Source: an uncultured Clostridia bacterium (GTDB taxonomy: Bacteria > Bacillota > Dehalobacteriia > UBA4068 > CALXSR01). Taken from it: a stretch of 64,000 nt of DNA. The stretch lies in contig CALXSR010000047.1 of NCBI GenBank assembly GCA_944391215.1, positions 18,535-82,534 of the forward strand. Reading direction: 5' to 3'. The position numbers were made by a program, and so were the translations under genes. The notes under the pieces are model-generated. The model was not told the origin of the DNA. It ran no database searches and saw only the letters and a list, made by a program, of their open reading frames with translations. Every line of letters begins with the position of its first letter. Positions within the stretch are counted from its first letter, which is position 1. Positions 37,898 through 47,274 of this stretch are shown piece after piece.

Positions 37898-39175
37898 GTG
37901 TATGGCTTGGAAGCATATCGTATTCAAGGGGGAAGTCGACTACAGGGTAATGTGAAAGCATCCGGTTCTAAAAATGCTGTATTACCAATTATGGCAGCAA
38001 CCATTTTATCAGATGAGCCTAGTATTTTACATAATGTGCCTTTATTGGATGATGTAAAGGTAATGTGTCAAATACTCAATCATTATGGAGTGAAAACCCG
38101 CTGGGAAAAGAAGGACTTGCATATTGATCCCAGCGGGATTTTTTATGCCCAACCGCCGGTGACACTCATGCAAAAAATGCGTGGTTCTAATTTGGTGCTG
38201 GGGCCTCTTTTGGGACGCTTTGGAGAAGCGGAGCTGCCCTTTCCTGGGGGATGTTCGATTGGTTCTAGACCGATGAATTATCATGTGCAATCCTTGTGCC
38301 AAATGGGAGCGCATGCGGAAGAGAAAAATGGTTTTATTACGGCAAGGGCAAAACGTTTGCAAGGCAGTGAGATTTGTTTGGATTTTCCGAGCGTTGGCGC
38401 GACGGAAAATAGTATCATGGCAGCGATAAAGGCAAGAGGCCGTACCCTAATTCGCAATGCCGCTAGAGAACCGGAAATAGTAGATTTAGCCCGTTATTTA
38501 AATGTAATAGGCGCCAATGTAAAAGGGGCTGGGAGCGATTGCATTGAGATAGAAGGGGTGCGGAAACTAAAAGGGGCGGAATACTCTATTATGTATGACC
38601 GGATTGAAGCTGGAAGCTTCCTTTTAGCCGGTGCCATTACTGGTGGCGAAGTATTTGTTGAAGGCGCAAATGAAGACGCTTTGGCTTCTCTTTTAGCAAA
38701 AATGCAGCAAGCAGGGTTGCATGTGGAATCTAGTGCGGCAGGCGTTGGTGTGAAAAGCGGAAATAATCGTATGAAGGCGGTGGATATTAAAACAATGCCT
38801 TATCCTGGGTTTGCGACTGATTTACAATCCCAGTTTATGGCGCTTATGACACTTGCCTGCGGAACCGCTATTATTGCTGAAAATATTTTTGAAAATCGTT
38901 TCCAACATGCAGATGAGATGCGGCGGATGGGGGCGAATATTAAAATTATAGGCCGGGCGGCTGTCGTCAATGGTGTAAAAAAATTATATGGTAATACGGT
39001 GCAGGCTAGTGATTTGAGAGCTGGAGCCGCTTTGGTTTTAACTGGTTTAGCTGCAGAAGGAGAAACAGTAGTGGAAAATATTGAATATATTGACCGCGGA
39101 TATGAAAGCTTTGAAGAAAAGTTGCAAAGTTTGGGGGCTCATATAGAAAGGGTTGCTCAAATAGCAGAAAAATAG
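37898..39175 (+). CDS. murA: UDP-N-acetylglucosamine 1-carboxyvinyltransferase
   Basis: GSKNAVLPIMAA and the catalytic Cys loop PGGCSIGSRP. Start is GTG 37898 or TTG 37907. Confidence 0.93.
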   Translation: MYGLEAYRIQGGSRLQGNVKASGSKNAVLPIMAATILSDEPSILHNVPLLDDVKVMCQILNHYGVKTRWEKKDLHIDPSGIFYAQPPVTLMQKMRGSNLVLGPLLGRFGEAELPFPGGCSIGSRPMNYHVQSLCQMGAHAEEKNGFITARAKRLQGSEICLDFPSVGATENSIMAAIKARGRTLIRNAAREPEIVDLARYLNVIGANVKGAGSDCIEIEGVRKLKGAEYSIMYDRIEAGSFLLAGAITGGEVFVEGANEDALASLLAKMQQAGLHVESSAAGVGVKSGNNRMKAVDIKTMPYPGFATDLQSQFMALMTLACGTAIIAENIFENRFQHADEMRRMGANIKIIGRAAVVNGVKKLYGNTVQASDLRAGAALVLTGLAAEGETVVENIEYIDRGYESFEEKLQSLGAHIERVAQIAEK

Positions 39176-39204
39176 TGAAAAACTGAGGATATGAAAGAAG
39201 AAGG

Positions 39205-39238
39205 AAGGAGAATGGGGTTTTCCCCAATTCTCCTTTTC
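39205..39238 (+). terminator. Rho-independent terminator after murA
   Basis: Stem AAGGAGAATGGGG / CCCCAATTCTCCTT (one bulge), loop TTTT, T-rich tail. Confidence 0.75.
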
Positions 39239-39253
39239 ATTAAGCATGGGAAA

Positions 39254-39262
39254 TGATATAAT
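39254..39262 (+). promoter_or_regulatory. Extended -10 element (TGaTATAAT) upstream of ftsQ
   Basis: TG at 39254-39255 and TATAAT at 39257-39262. No strong -35 was found. Confidence 0.4.
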
Positions 39263-39281
39263 ATTGCCGAGGTGTACAAGC

Positions 39282-40076
39282 ATGGCGCAAATAAAATATA
39301 TGGATACGCCCCAAAAAAGAAAGAAAAGGCGCAAAGCTGGTAATACGCGGTGGATTATGGTTTTGCTCTTTCTGGTTCTTTGTCTTTTAGCGGGTTATTA
39401 TTTTGCGCAATCCTCTTTTTTTAATGTGAGTGAGATTCTCGTTGAAGGCGAAAACAGGGTAAAAGAAGAACGAATTATTGAATTATCCGGTTTGCGTACC
39501 GGTGGTAATATTTTTGCTATTCATACGAACTGGGCAAAAAGTTTAGTGGCTTTTGACCCGATGATTGCTGAGGTTTCTATTAAAAGGAAACTGCCCTCTA
39601 CCATTGTAATTGCTGTAACGGAAAGGGTTCCGGTGGCCTTTTTGCAATCCGGTAATTCTTTTTGGCAGGTAGATGCTGATGGCGTTGCTTTGGGAAAATT
39701 AAGTTCTTTGGATGATGTGGCATTACCCATGATATCGGGTGTGGATGATATTACCCAGGCTGTGCAACCGGGCGGGAAAATCGAATCGGCTCAATTAAAA
39801 ACAGGATTGGAAATTGTTGCGCAAATGGCTCAAATGAATGATGAAGTCATGACCATGATTGGGGAAATTTATGTTAAAAATATGCAAAAAATTAAAATTT
39901 TCACTGCCAACGGCGTAGAAGGACGCTTTGGTAATAGTGATAATTTTGCCGATAAATTTAATATTTTTACTCAAATTATTGCTGAACAAGAGAAAAATGG
40001 CAAGTTGGAAAATATACAGTATATCGATGTGAGCGCAAGTTTAAAGGAGAAAGCCGCAATTTCCTATTATAATTAA
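39282..40076 (+). CDS. ftsQ: Cell division protein FtsQ/DivIB (POTRA domain)
   Basis: Basic N-terminus, a TM helix (WIMVLLFLVLCLLAGYYF), then a POTRA-like region (FFNVSEILVEGENRVKEERI). ATG 39282 lies downstream of the extended -10 and 7 nt after GAGGTG. Confidence 0.75.
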   Translation: MAQIKYMDTPQKRKKRRKAGNTRWIMVLLFLVLCLLAGYYFAQSSFFNVSEILVEGENRVKEERIIELSGLRTGGNIFAIHTNWAKSLVAFDPMIAEVSIKRKLPSTIVIAVTERVPVAFLQSGNSFWQVDADGVALGKLSSLDDVALPMISGVDDITQAVQPGGKIESAQLKTGLEIVAQMAQMNDEVMTMIGEIYVKNMQKIKIFTANGVEGRFGNSDNFADKFNIFTQIIAEQEKNGKLENIQYIDVSASLKEKAAISYYN

Positions 40077-40242
40077 AAAAATGCAAAAAATGATTGCGGA
40101 ATGCCTTTTAATTTGGTATTTTTATAAGAAGAGGTTATTTTTGGTAGAAGGGTTTTGCCAAATGATGTGGAAGTATTAAAAAAATAAATAGGTAAAACTG
40201 TATATTAATGATATTGATATAAGAATAGATATTAAGGGGGAT

Positions 40243-41313
40243 ATGAGGCGAATGGTGGAATTCGACGAAAAAGACAATGCCCAATATGCAAAAATTAAAG
40301 TTGTAGGTGTTGGCGGTGGCGGCGGAAATGCCGTTAACCGTATGATTCATGCCAATTTGCAGGGCGTGGATTTTTTAGCAGTCAATACAGATGTACAGGC
40401 TCTTAAGGCCTCTAGTGCGGATACCCTTATTCAAATTGGTTCTAAAATTACACGTGGTTTGGGCGCTGGTGCTGATCCTAGTGTTGGAAAAAAATCTGCG
40501 GAAGAAACCAGGGAACAAATTGCTGCTGCTTTAACAGGTGCGGATATGGTATTTATTACCGCTGGTATGGGAGGGGGCACCGGTACTGGTGCGGCGCCTA
40601 TTGTTGCTGAAATTGCAAAAGAATTGGGCGCTTTGACTGTAGGGGTAGTAACAAAGCCGTTTACCTTTGAAGGTAGAAGAAGAGCGCAACAAGCTGAAAT
40701 GGGGATTAGTGAATTAAAAGATCGGGTGGATGCTTTAATCACCATTCCAAATGATAAACTATTACAAGTTGCCGATCGCCGTATGAGTATGACGGATGCG
40801 TTTGTTTTAGCGGATGACGTATTGCGTCAAGGTGTGCAAGGCATTTCTGATTTAATTTCCCAACCTGCTTTAATGAATGTTGACTTTGCTGACGTAAAAA
40901 CTATTATGAGTGACGCTGGTTCTGCTATGATGGGTATTGGTATGGCGGATGGAGATAATCGAGCTATGGATGCGGCTACATTGGCGGTTTCTAGTCAAAT
41001 GTTAGAGACCAGTATCAATGGGGCGAAAGGAATTTTGTTAAGCGTTACTGGTGGCCCTGATATGAGCTTGTTAGAAGTCAATGAAGCTGCTAAATTTATT
41101 TATGAAGCTGCTGATCCGGATGCCAATATTATTTTTGGGGCAGGTTGTGATGAAACGCTTGGCGATAAAATACGGGTGACGGTAATTGCTACTGGTTTTG
41201 ATAACCGACCGGCAACTGGAAATACGAAAAAAGAAAATATTCCAGATGTGGTAATTAAACCCATGAATTTGGGCGATATTGACGTACCCTCTTTTATGCG
41301 AAATAATCGTTAA
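40243..41313 (+). CDS. ftsZ: Cell division GTPase FtsZ
   Basis: Tubulin signature [26 protein letters not shown], and a conserved C-terminal peptide (DIDVPSFMR). ATG 40252 is an alternative start. Confidence 0.97.
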   Translation: MRRMVEFDEKDNAQYAKIKVVGVGGGGGNAVNRMIHANLQGVDFLAVNTDVQALKASSADTLIQIGSKITRGLGAGADPSVGKKSAEETREQIAAALTGADMVFITAGMGGGTGTGAAPIVAEIAKELGALTVGVVTKPFTFEGRRRAQQAEMGISELKDRVDALITIPNDKLLQVADRRMSMTDAFVLADDVLRQGVQGISDLISQPALMNVDFADVKTIMSDAGSAMMGIGMADGDNRAMDAATLAVSSQMLETSINGAKGILLSVTGGPDMSLLEVNEAAKFIYEAADPDANIIFGAGCDETLGDKIRVTVIATGFDNRPATGNTKKENIPDVVIKPMNLGDIDVPSFMRNNR

Positions 41314-41325
41314 TGGAAAACATAG

Positions 41326-41350
41326 AAAAACGCCTGATGGCGTTTTTTTC
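41326..41350 (+). terminator. Rho-independent terminator after ftsZ
   Basis: Stem AAAAACGCC / GGCGTTTTT, loop TGAT, T-run. Confidence 0.85.
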
Positions 41351-41427
41351 TTTTCTTTTTTCGTTTATACAAAAGAAGGAGTTTTGTGACAAATAGCGAA
41401 TGGTAAAATTATGTATAGAAGGATGTA

Positions 41428-41442
41428 AATATTTTGAATATT
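41428..41442 (+). promoter_or_regulatory. CodY-box-like palindrome AATATTTTGAATATT
   Basis: 12 of 15 matches to the CodY consensus AATTTTCWGAAAATT. It is embedded in the 8-3-8 inverted repeat TAAATATT-TTG-AATATTTA, 31 nt upstream of the codY ATG. Confidence 0.35.
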
Positions 41443-41473
41443 TAGCTACATTATTTCTGTTTGAGGGGGATTC

Positions 41474-42268
41474 ATGTTGAAAACATTATTGGAGCGCACG
41501 CGAGAGATTAACAAAATAATCCAAAAAGCCGCCGGTCATCCCATCAGCTTTTCGGAGATGGCAGATACGCTTTCCAAAAATATCAATACTAACGTATATA
41601 TAATCGGCAAAAAGGGGAAAGTTTTGGGATATGCTTTTTTAGATGATTTTTATTGCCCGACCATGGACGATATTGTAAAGTTGGACGCCCATTTCCCAGA
41701 TCAATATAATAAAGACTTATTGAGAACGGCAGAGACCAAAACAAATATTGATCGGGAAGGACAATGCGTTTTTGGTATGCATGCCACTTGCTTATTGCCG
41801 GATAAATTTACGACGATTGTGCCAATTTCTGGTGGCGGACAGCGGTTGGGAACTTTAATGCTTTCCAAAACAGGGGAATTTGACGATAACGATTTGGTTT
41901 TGGCCGAATATGCAGCAACGGTAATTGGAATGGAAATTTTACGGGCGAAAGTGGAAAAGGTGGAAGAAGTTGCTCGGCAAAAAGCGGTGGTAAGTATTGC
42001 TTTTGATACGCTTTCTTATTCTGAACTGGAAGCGGTGGAGCATATTTTTAATGAATTACAGAATAATAATGGTTTACTAGTAGCAAGCAAAATAGCGGAT
42101 AAAGTTGGTATTACCCGTTCTGTTATTGTAAATGCTTTGCGCAAATTAGAAAGTGCTGGTGTTGTGGAAGCCCGTTCTTTGGGAATGAAAGGTACTTACA
42201 TTCGTATTTTGAATGATTATTTGCTAGAAGAATTGGAAAAAATACAAGCAAATAGGCATAAGTTCTAA
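41474..42268 (+). CDS. codY: GTP/BCAA-sensing global regulator CodY
   Basis: GAF-like N-terminal domain and the conserved w[32 protein letters not shown]. Confidence 0.95.
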   Translation: MLKTLLERTREINKIIQKAAGHPISFSEMADTLSKNINTNVYIIGKKGKVLGYAFLDDFYCPTMDDIVKLDAHFPDQYNKDLLRTAETKTNIDREGQCVFGMHATCLLPDKFTTIVPISGGGQRLGTLMLSKTGEFDDNDLVLAEYAATVIGMEILRAKVEKVEEVARQKAVVSIAFDTLSYSELEAVEHIFNELQNNNGLLVASKIADKVGITRSVIVNALRKLESAGVVEARSLGMKGTYIRILNDYLLEELEKIQANRHKF

Positions 42269-42302
42269 AAACAACTTTATTGCATATTGGGAATAATATA
42301 AT

Positions 42303-42331
42303 AAAACAGCCTTTTTTTAGGCTGTTTTTTT
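42303..42331 (+). terminator. Rho-independent terminator after codY
   Basis: Stem AAAACAGCCT / AGGCTGTTTT followed by a T-run. Confidence 0.85.
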
Positions 42332-42418
42332 GTATCTCTTTACTTTTATCCTATTTCAGTGCTATTATTAAAATAATACCCATTATTAGGAATGGTTTGT
42401 AAATGGCGGGTGGATTAT

Positions 42419-44590
42419 ATGGTTACGATGGAATCTTTAATAGAAGAAATAAAAGAATATAATCCAACGACGGATGAAAGTTTAATCCGCCGTGCTTATG
42501 CGATTGCAGAAGAAGCGCATGATGGTCAGAGAAGAGATTCTGGAGAAGAATATATTCATCATCCATTATCGGTGGCGCATATTTTAGCTGGTTTGCAATT
42601 AGATGATTATTCGATAGCTGCTGGACTTTTACATGATGTTGTAGAAGATACGAAAATTTCTTTGGACGATTTGCGTAAAGAGTTTCCGGAAGAACTGGTA
42701 TCTTTGGTGGATGGTGTGACCAAATTGGGCCGAGTAGAATACCGTAGCCGGCAAGAACAGCAAATGGAAAATTTGAGAAAATTGTTTTTGGCGATGGGGC
42801 AAGATATTCGGATTATTATGATAAAGTTGGCTGACCGTTTGCATAATATGCGTACATTAAGCTATCATCATTCTCAATTAAGACAAAAAGAGATCGCCCA
42901 GGAAACGGTGGATATTTATGCTCCTTTGGCGCACCGTTTAGGGATTTATAAAATAAAAAGCGAATTAGAAGATCTTTCATTAAAGTATTTAGAGCCAGAT
43001 AAATATTTTCGCTTGGTAGAGCAAATTTCTATGAAATTGCAAGAAAGGCAAGCATACATTGATGAGATTTGTAAAATACTGGGCGATAAGTTAAAAGATG
43101 TTGGCATTAAAGCAGAGTTGAAAGGCCGCCCTAAAAATTTTTATAGCATTTATAATAAAATGATGCGGCAAAAAAAAGAGCTCAATGAAATTTTTGATTT
43201 AACTGCAGTACGCATTATTGTGGATAATATCAACGATTGTTATGGTGCTCTGGGCGTAGTGCATACTTTATGGAAACCGATACCTGGCCGTTTTAAAGAT
43301 TATATTGCCATGCCGAAACAAAATATGTATCAATCCATTCATACAACAGTGATCGGGCCTAGCGGAGAACCTTTTGAAGTTCAAATTCGTACCTGGGAAA
43401 TGCACCGCATTGCAGAATATGGGATTGCGGCCCACTGGCGTTATAAAGAAGGTAGTCAGGCAACGGATGCCGCTTTTGATGAGAAATTGGTTTGGCTACG
43501 GCAAATGTTGGATTGGCAGCAAGAATTGCGTGATGCCCAGGAGTTTATGAACTCCATTAAGGTCGATTTATTTACCGAATCGGTTTATGTGTTTAGTCCA
43601 AAAGGGGATGTGTTTGAATTGCCTGCTGGGGCAAACTGTATTGATTTTGCTTATCGAGTGCATACGCAGGTAGGTCATAATTGTATCGGGGCTAAAGTAA
43701 ATAAGAGAATTGTAACTTTAGATTATGAATTAAAAAATGGCGATATTGTGGAAATTTTAACTACCAAAGGCAAAGGGCCCAGTTTGGATTGGTTAAAAAT
43801 CGTAAAAACGTCACAGGCCAAAAATAAAATTCGTCAATGGTTTAAAAGAGAACAAAGGGATGACCATTTAATTGCCGGTAAGGAAATTTTAGAAAAAGAA
43901 TGTAAAAAATACAATCTGGATGCAGCGGAAATATTAAAAACAGATAAGCTATTGGAATTAGCGAAAAAATTCAATTATTTTTCCATCGAGGATTTTTATG
44001 TGTCAGTTGGATCGGGTGCGCTTTCAGCTGCCACTGCATTATCTAAGTTAGGGGAAGATAAAAAAGAAAAAGAGGCGCCTGCTCCGGAGGTAAAACCTTG
44101 GATGCCAAAAGGAAACAGTTCCAATGGAGTATGGGTAAAAGGGCAGGATAATTTGTTGGTGCGGATGGCGCATTGTTGTAACCCTTTGCCCGGTGATGAG
44201 ATTGCAGGTTATATTACCCGTGGCCGTGGAGTGACGGTACACCGAAAAGATTGTATCAATATTCAACGCTATAAAAAAGAAGAAGCAGAGCGTTTGATTG
44301 AAGTAACCTGGGATAGTAGCTTTGAAGGCGTTTATCAGGTGGAAATGGAAGTACTAGCCATGGAACGCCCCCGTTTAATTTTAGATGTTATGCGTGTGGT
44401 AACGGATACCAAAACAATTATCAATGGCGTAAATAGTTTTCCGCATAAAGAAAATAAAACGTTTTCTGTTATTTTAAAACTGGAAATTAAAAGTTTAGAC
44501 CATTTGGATTATATCATGAGTAAGGTACGGAAAATTAAAGATGTTTTAGAAGTAAAAAGGGTTACCAGCAAAGAAAAAAATAAAGAATAG
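42419..44590 (+). CDS. relA: Bifunctional (p)ppGpp synthetase/hydrolase (RSH, RelA/SpoT type)
   Basis: HD hydrolase domain (HPLSVA...HDVVEDT), RelA_SpoT synthetase, TGS and ACT regions. The ATG 42419 start is an inference. Confidence 0.93.
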   Translation: MVTMESLIEEIKEYNPTTDESLIRRAYAIAEEAHDGQRRDSGEEYIHHPLSVAHILAGLQLDDYSIAAGLLHDVVEDTKISLDDLRKEFPEELVSLVDGVTKLGRVEYRSRQEQQMENLRKLFLAMGQDIRIIMIKLADRLHNMRTLSYHHSQLRQKEIAQETVDIYAPLAHRLGIYKIKSELEDLSLKYLEPDKYFRLVEQISMKLQERQAYIDEICKILGDKLKDVGIKAELKGRPKNFYSIYNKMMRQKKELNEIFDLTAVRIIVDNINDCYGALGVVHTLWKPIPGRFKDYIAMPKQNMYQSIHTTVIGPSGEPFEVQIRTWEMHRIAEYGIAAHWRYKEGSQATDAAFDEKLVWLRQMLDWQQELRDAQEFMNSIKVDLFTESVYVFSPKGDVFELPAGANCIDFAYRVHTQVGHNCIGAKVNKRIVTLDYELKNGDIVEILTTKGKGPSLDWLKIVKTSQAKNKIRQWFKREQRDDHLIAGKEILEKECKKYNLDAAEILKTDKLLELAKKFNYFSIEDFYVSVGSGALSAATALSKLGEDKKEKEAPAPEVKPWMPKGNSSNGVWVKGQDNLLVRMAHCCNPLPGDEIAGYITRGRGVTVHRKDCINIQRYKKEEAERLIEVTWDSSFEGVYQVEMEVLAMERPRLILDVMRVVTDTKTIINGVNSFPHKENKTFSVILKLEIKSLDHLDYIMSKVRKIKDVLEVKRVTSKEKNKE

Positions 44591-44598
44591 GTGTTTTT

Positions 44599-45042
44599 AT
44601 GCGTGCACTTATACAGAGGGTAAAAGAAAGCCGGGTTACGGTGGATGGGAAAATCGTTGGCCAAATTGGCGCTGGCTTAACAGTATTGTTGGGCGTTGGC
44701 AAAGGCGATAATATAGAGGACGCTCGTTATTTAGCCAGAAAAACAGCCAATATGCGTATTTTTGCCGATGAAATGGGTAAATTAAATCTTTCTGTAAAAG
44801 ATATCCAGGGGCAAATTTTAGCGATTTCGCAATTTACATTGTATGCAGATTGCAAGCATGGAAATCGGCCTGGTTTTACGGAAGCGGCTTTGCCGGAAGA
44901 AGCGAATTTACTTTATGAAAACTATATTGCCTTTTTACAAGAGGAAGGCGTTCCGGTCCAAAAAGGAATTTTTCAAACGGATATGCTGGTACAAATTGCC
45001 AATGACGGACCAGTGACTATCTTTTTAGAAAGTAGAAAATAG
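44599..45042 (+). CDS. dtd: D-aminoacyl-tRNA deacylase
   Basis: 147 aa with MRALIQRV..., SQFTLYAD and NDGPVT motifs. The relA-dtd pairing is conserved. Confidence 0.93.
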   Translation: MRALIQRVKESRVTVDGKIVGQIGAGLTVLLGVGKGDNIEDARYLARKTANMRIFADEMGKLNLSVKDIQGQILAISQFTLYADCKHGNRPGFTEAALPEEANLLYENYIAFLQEEGVPVQKGIFQTDMLVQIANDGPVTIFLESRK

Positions 45043-45051
45043 GAGGCTTTT

Positions 45052-45687
45052 ATGGCAAAAACTGTGTATCGTATTCCAGTTGGGGAATTGGCTGCCAATT
45101 GCTATCTTTTAGTGGATGAAGACAGTAAAAAGGCGATTGTGATTGATCCGGGTGCGGAAGCTGAAAAAATACTTTCTTTTATAAAAGAAAAAGAATGGAA
45201 AGTGGAATTGATTATTAATACGCATGGTCATTGGGATCATGTAGGTGCCAATGCGGCGGTAAAAAAAGCAACGGGGGCTCCGGTGGCTATTTATGAAACG
45301 GAGGCGGCGATGTTACATGATAAAAGCAATTTGTCTTCCTTATTTCAGGATAAAGGGGATGGCGGAGAGGCTGATATTTTATTAAAAGATGGCCAAATGC
45401 TTCCTTTTGCCGGTGGAACAGTAAAAGTATTGCATACTCCAGGCCATACGCCAGGGGGAATTTGCTTGCTTTATGATAAATTGCTGTTTTCTGGCGATAC
45501 CTTGTTTCAGGCTTCCGTAGGTAGAACTGATTTCTCTAATGGTAGTTTTGAGGATTTGGTGGATGGGATTGAAAAAAAATTATTGGTTTTAGATGATGAC
45601 GTGATCGTGTACCCCGGTCATGGCCCGCAGACCTATATTGGATTTGAAAAGTCCTATAATCCTTATTTGCGAAAACCGCAAAAATAA
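45052..45687 (+). CDS. MBL-fold metallo-hydrolase (glyoxalase II-like)
   Basis: THGHWDHVG (HxHxDH), plus later HTPGHTPG and GD motifs. Confidence 0.85.
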   Translation: MAKTVYRIPVGELAANCYLLVDEDSKKAIVIDPGAEAEKILSFIKEKEWKVELIINTHGHWDHVGANAAVKKATGAPVAIYETEAAMLHDKSNLSSLFQDKGDGGEADILLKDGQMLPFAGGTVKVLHTPGHTPGGICLLYDKLLFSGDTLFQASVGRTDFSNGSFEDLVDGIEKKLLVLDDDVIVYPGHGPQTYIGFEKSYNPYLRKPQK

Positions 45688-45733
45688 GAAAAAGGAAATT
45701 GACAAAAGGATACTTTTTATATAAGATAGAAAC

Positions 45734-45966
45734 AATGAATAAAGAGAAAAGCGAAGATGGGAAGGGCCGCAAGGAAAGCATAACAGGGAGAAAACGCCGT
45801 GACTGCAAGCGTTTTTTATGTGGATTGTGTGCTTAACACCCCGGAGCTGGTATGAAGCACATACCCGGCCTTGCCGTTATGAGAATGAGTGAGCATAGTT
45901 TTATGCTTGAATTAGGGTGGTACCACGAACGCTTTCGTCCCTTTTTGGGGGAAGGCGTTTTTTTAT
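45734..45966 (+). promoter_or_regulatory. T-box riboswitch leader of hisS-aspS (with terminator 45928-45966)
   Basis: Promoter TTGACA (45699-45704)-17-TAAGAT (45722-45727). Stem I distal-like AGGGAG plus hairpin at 45785-45815. Stem III-like hairpin at 45892-45907. Conserved T-box AATTAGGGTGGTACCACG at 45910-45927. Terminator stem AACGCTTTC / GAAGGCGTT followed by T8. Confidence 0.85.
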
Positions 45967-45993
45967 GGGAAATGAAAAGAGGAGTTGGAAGAA

Positions 45994-47274
45994 ATGGCAA
46001 TAACCAGGCCAAAAGGCACCAATGATTTTATGCCGGATGAGGTACTAAGTTGGCAATATATGGAAAATATTTTGCGTGATTTATGCAAACAATTCGGTTA
46101 TATGGAATTGCGCACGCCAATTTTTGAAGATACGGAATTGTTCATTCGTGGTGTCGGCGATACGACAGATATTGTCCAAAAAGAAATGTATACTTTTACT
46201 GACCAAGGAAATCGCAGTTTGACATTACGACCGGAAGGAACTGCCTCTACAGTACGCGCTTATTTGGAGCATAAAATGTTTGCGGTAAGCCAACCTACAA
46301 AATTATATTATATGGGACCCATGTTCCGTTGTGAAAAACCACAAGCTGGCCGTTATCGGCAGTTTCATCAATTTGGTGTTGAATTCTTTGGTAGTAATAG
46401 CTCGGCGGCAGATGCAGAAGTGATTTCATTGGCCTGGGAGTTTTATCAAAGACTGGGTTTAAAGGGACTAGAAGTGCGCTTGAATAGCGTTGGTTGCCCA
46501 AATTGTCGTCCTATCCATAGAAAGGCTTTACAGGAGTTTTTAAAACCGCATTTTGAGGAATTGTGTTCTAGCTGTCAAAGTAGGTTTGAAAAAAATCCTT
46601 TGCGTATTTTAGATTGCAAGAGCCCAGTTTGCCAAAAAATTGTGGAAAATGCACCTACTACCATAGATTGTCTGTGTGAAGAATGTCAGGAGCATTTTGC
46701 CGGTGTGAAAAGCTATTTAGATGCGGTGAAAATTCCCTATCATTTAGATCCGCATTTGGTGCGGGGTCTAGATTATTATACCAATACCGCTTTTGAAATA
46801 CTAGTAACGGAAATTGGCGCCCAAAGCGCAATTTGTGGTGGCGGCCGCTATAATGGCTTAGTAAAAGAAGTTGGCGGAAGCAATACCCCAGGGGTTGGTT
46901 TTGCTTTGGGGATGGAAAGAGCTTTTGCCGCTATGGCAGCGCAAGGAATCACTTTGCCTACCAAAGAAAAATTTGATTTATATTTTGCGCCTTTAAATGA
47001 AGAAGCGGATCATCTTTGTTTTATGTGGTTGACCGCCTTGCGCTCCCAAGGAATTGCTTGCGAAAAAGATTATATGAATCGTAGTTTGAAAGCGCAGATG
47101 AAGTATGCTGATAAAATTCATGCTCCTTATGTCGTGATTGTAGGCGATAGTGAATTGGCCGATCAAAAAGCAGTACTTCGCTGTATGGCGAATGCGCAAC
47201 AGAAAGAGATTGATTTTGTAAATTTAATTGATAGTTTGGTTGAAATGGTAAACGGAGGGAAAGAAAATGAGTGA
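45994..47274 (+). CDS. hisS: Histidine--tRNA ligase
   Basis: Class IIa synthetase motifs ([20 protein letters not shown]) and an anticodon-binding C-terminus. ATG 45994 lies about 9 nt after GAGGAG; TTG 45985 is an alternative. Confidence 0.95.
   Translation: MAITRPKGTNDFMPDEVLSWQYMENILRDLCKQFGYMELRTPIFEDTELFIRGVGDTTDIVQKEMYTFTDQGNRSLTLRPEGTASTVRAYLEHKMFAVSQPTKLYYMGPMFRCEKPQAGRYRQFHQFGVEFFGSNSSAADAEVISLAWEFYQRLGLKGLEVRLNSVGCPNCRPIHRKALQEFLKPHFEELCSSCQSRFEKNPLRILDCKSPVCQKIVENAPTTIDCLCEECQEHFAGVKSYLDAVKIPYHLDPHLVRGLDYYTNTAFEILVTEIGAQSAICGGGRYNGLVKEVGGSNTPGVGFALGMERAFAAMAAQGITLPTKEKFDLYFAPLNEEADHLCFMWLTALRSQGIACEKDYMNRSLKAQMKYADKIHAPYVVIVGDSELADQKAVLRCMANAQQKEIDFVNLIDSLVEMVNGGKENE

Noticed and set aside
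45779-45781. CAT at 45779-45781 as the T-box specifier codon.
   Set aside because: It falls in a segment (CATAA) that pairs with TTATG at 45816-45820, flanking the Stem I distal module on the 5' strand. The Specifier Loop codon should lie on the 3' strand of Stem I.
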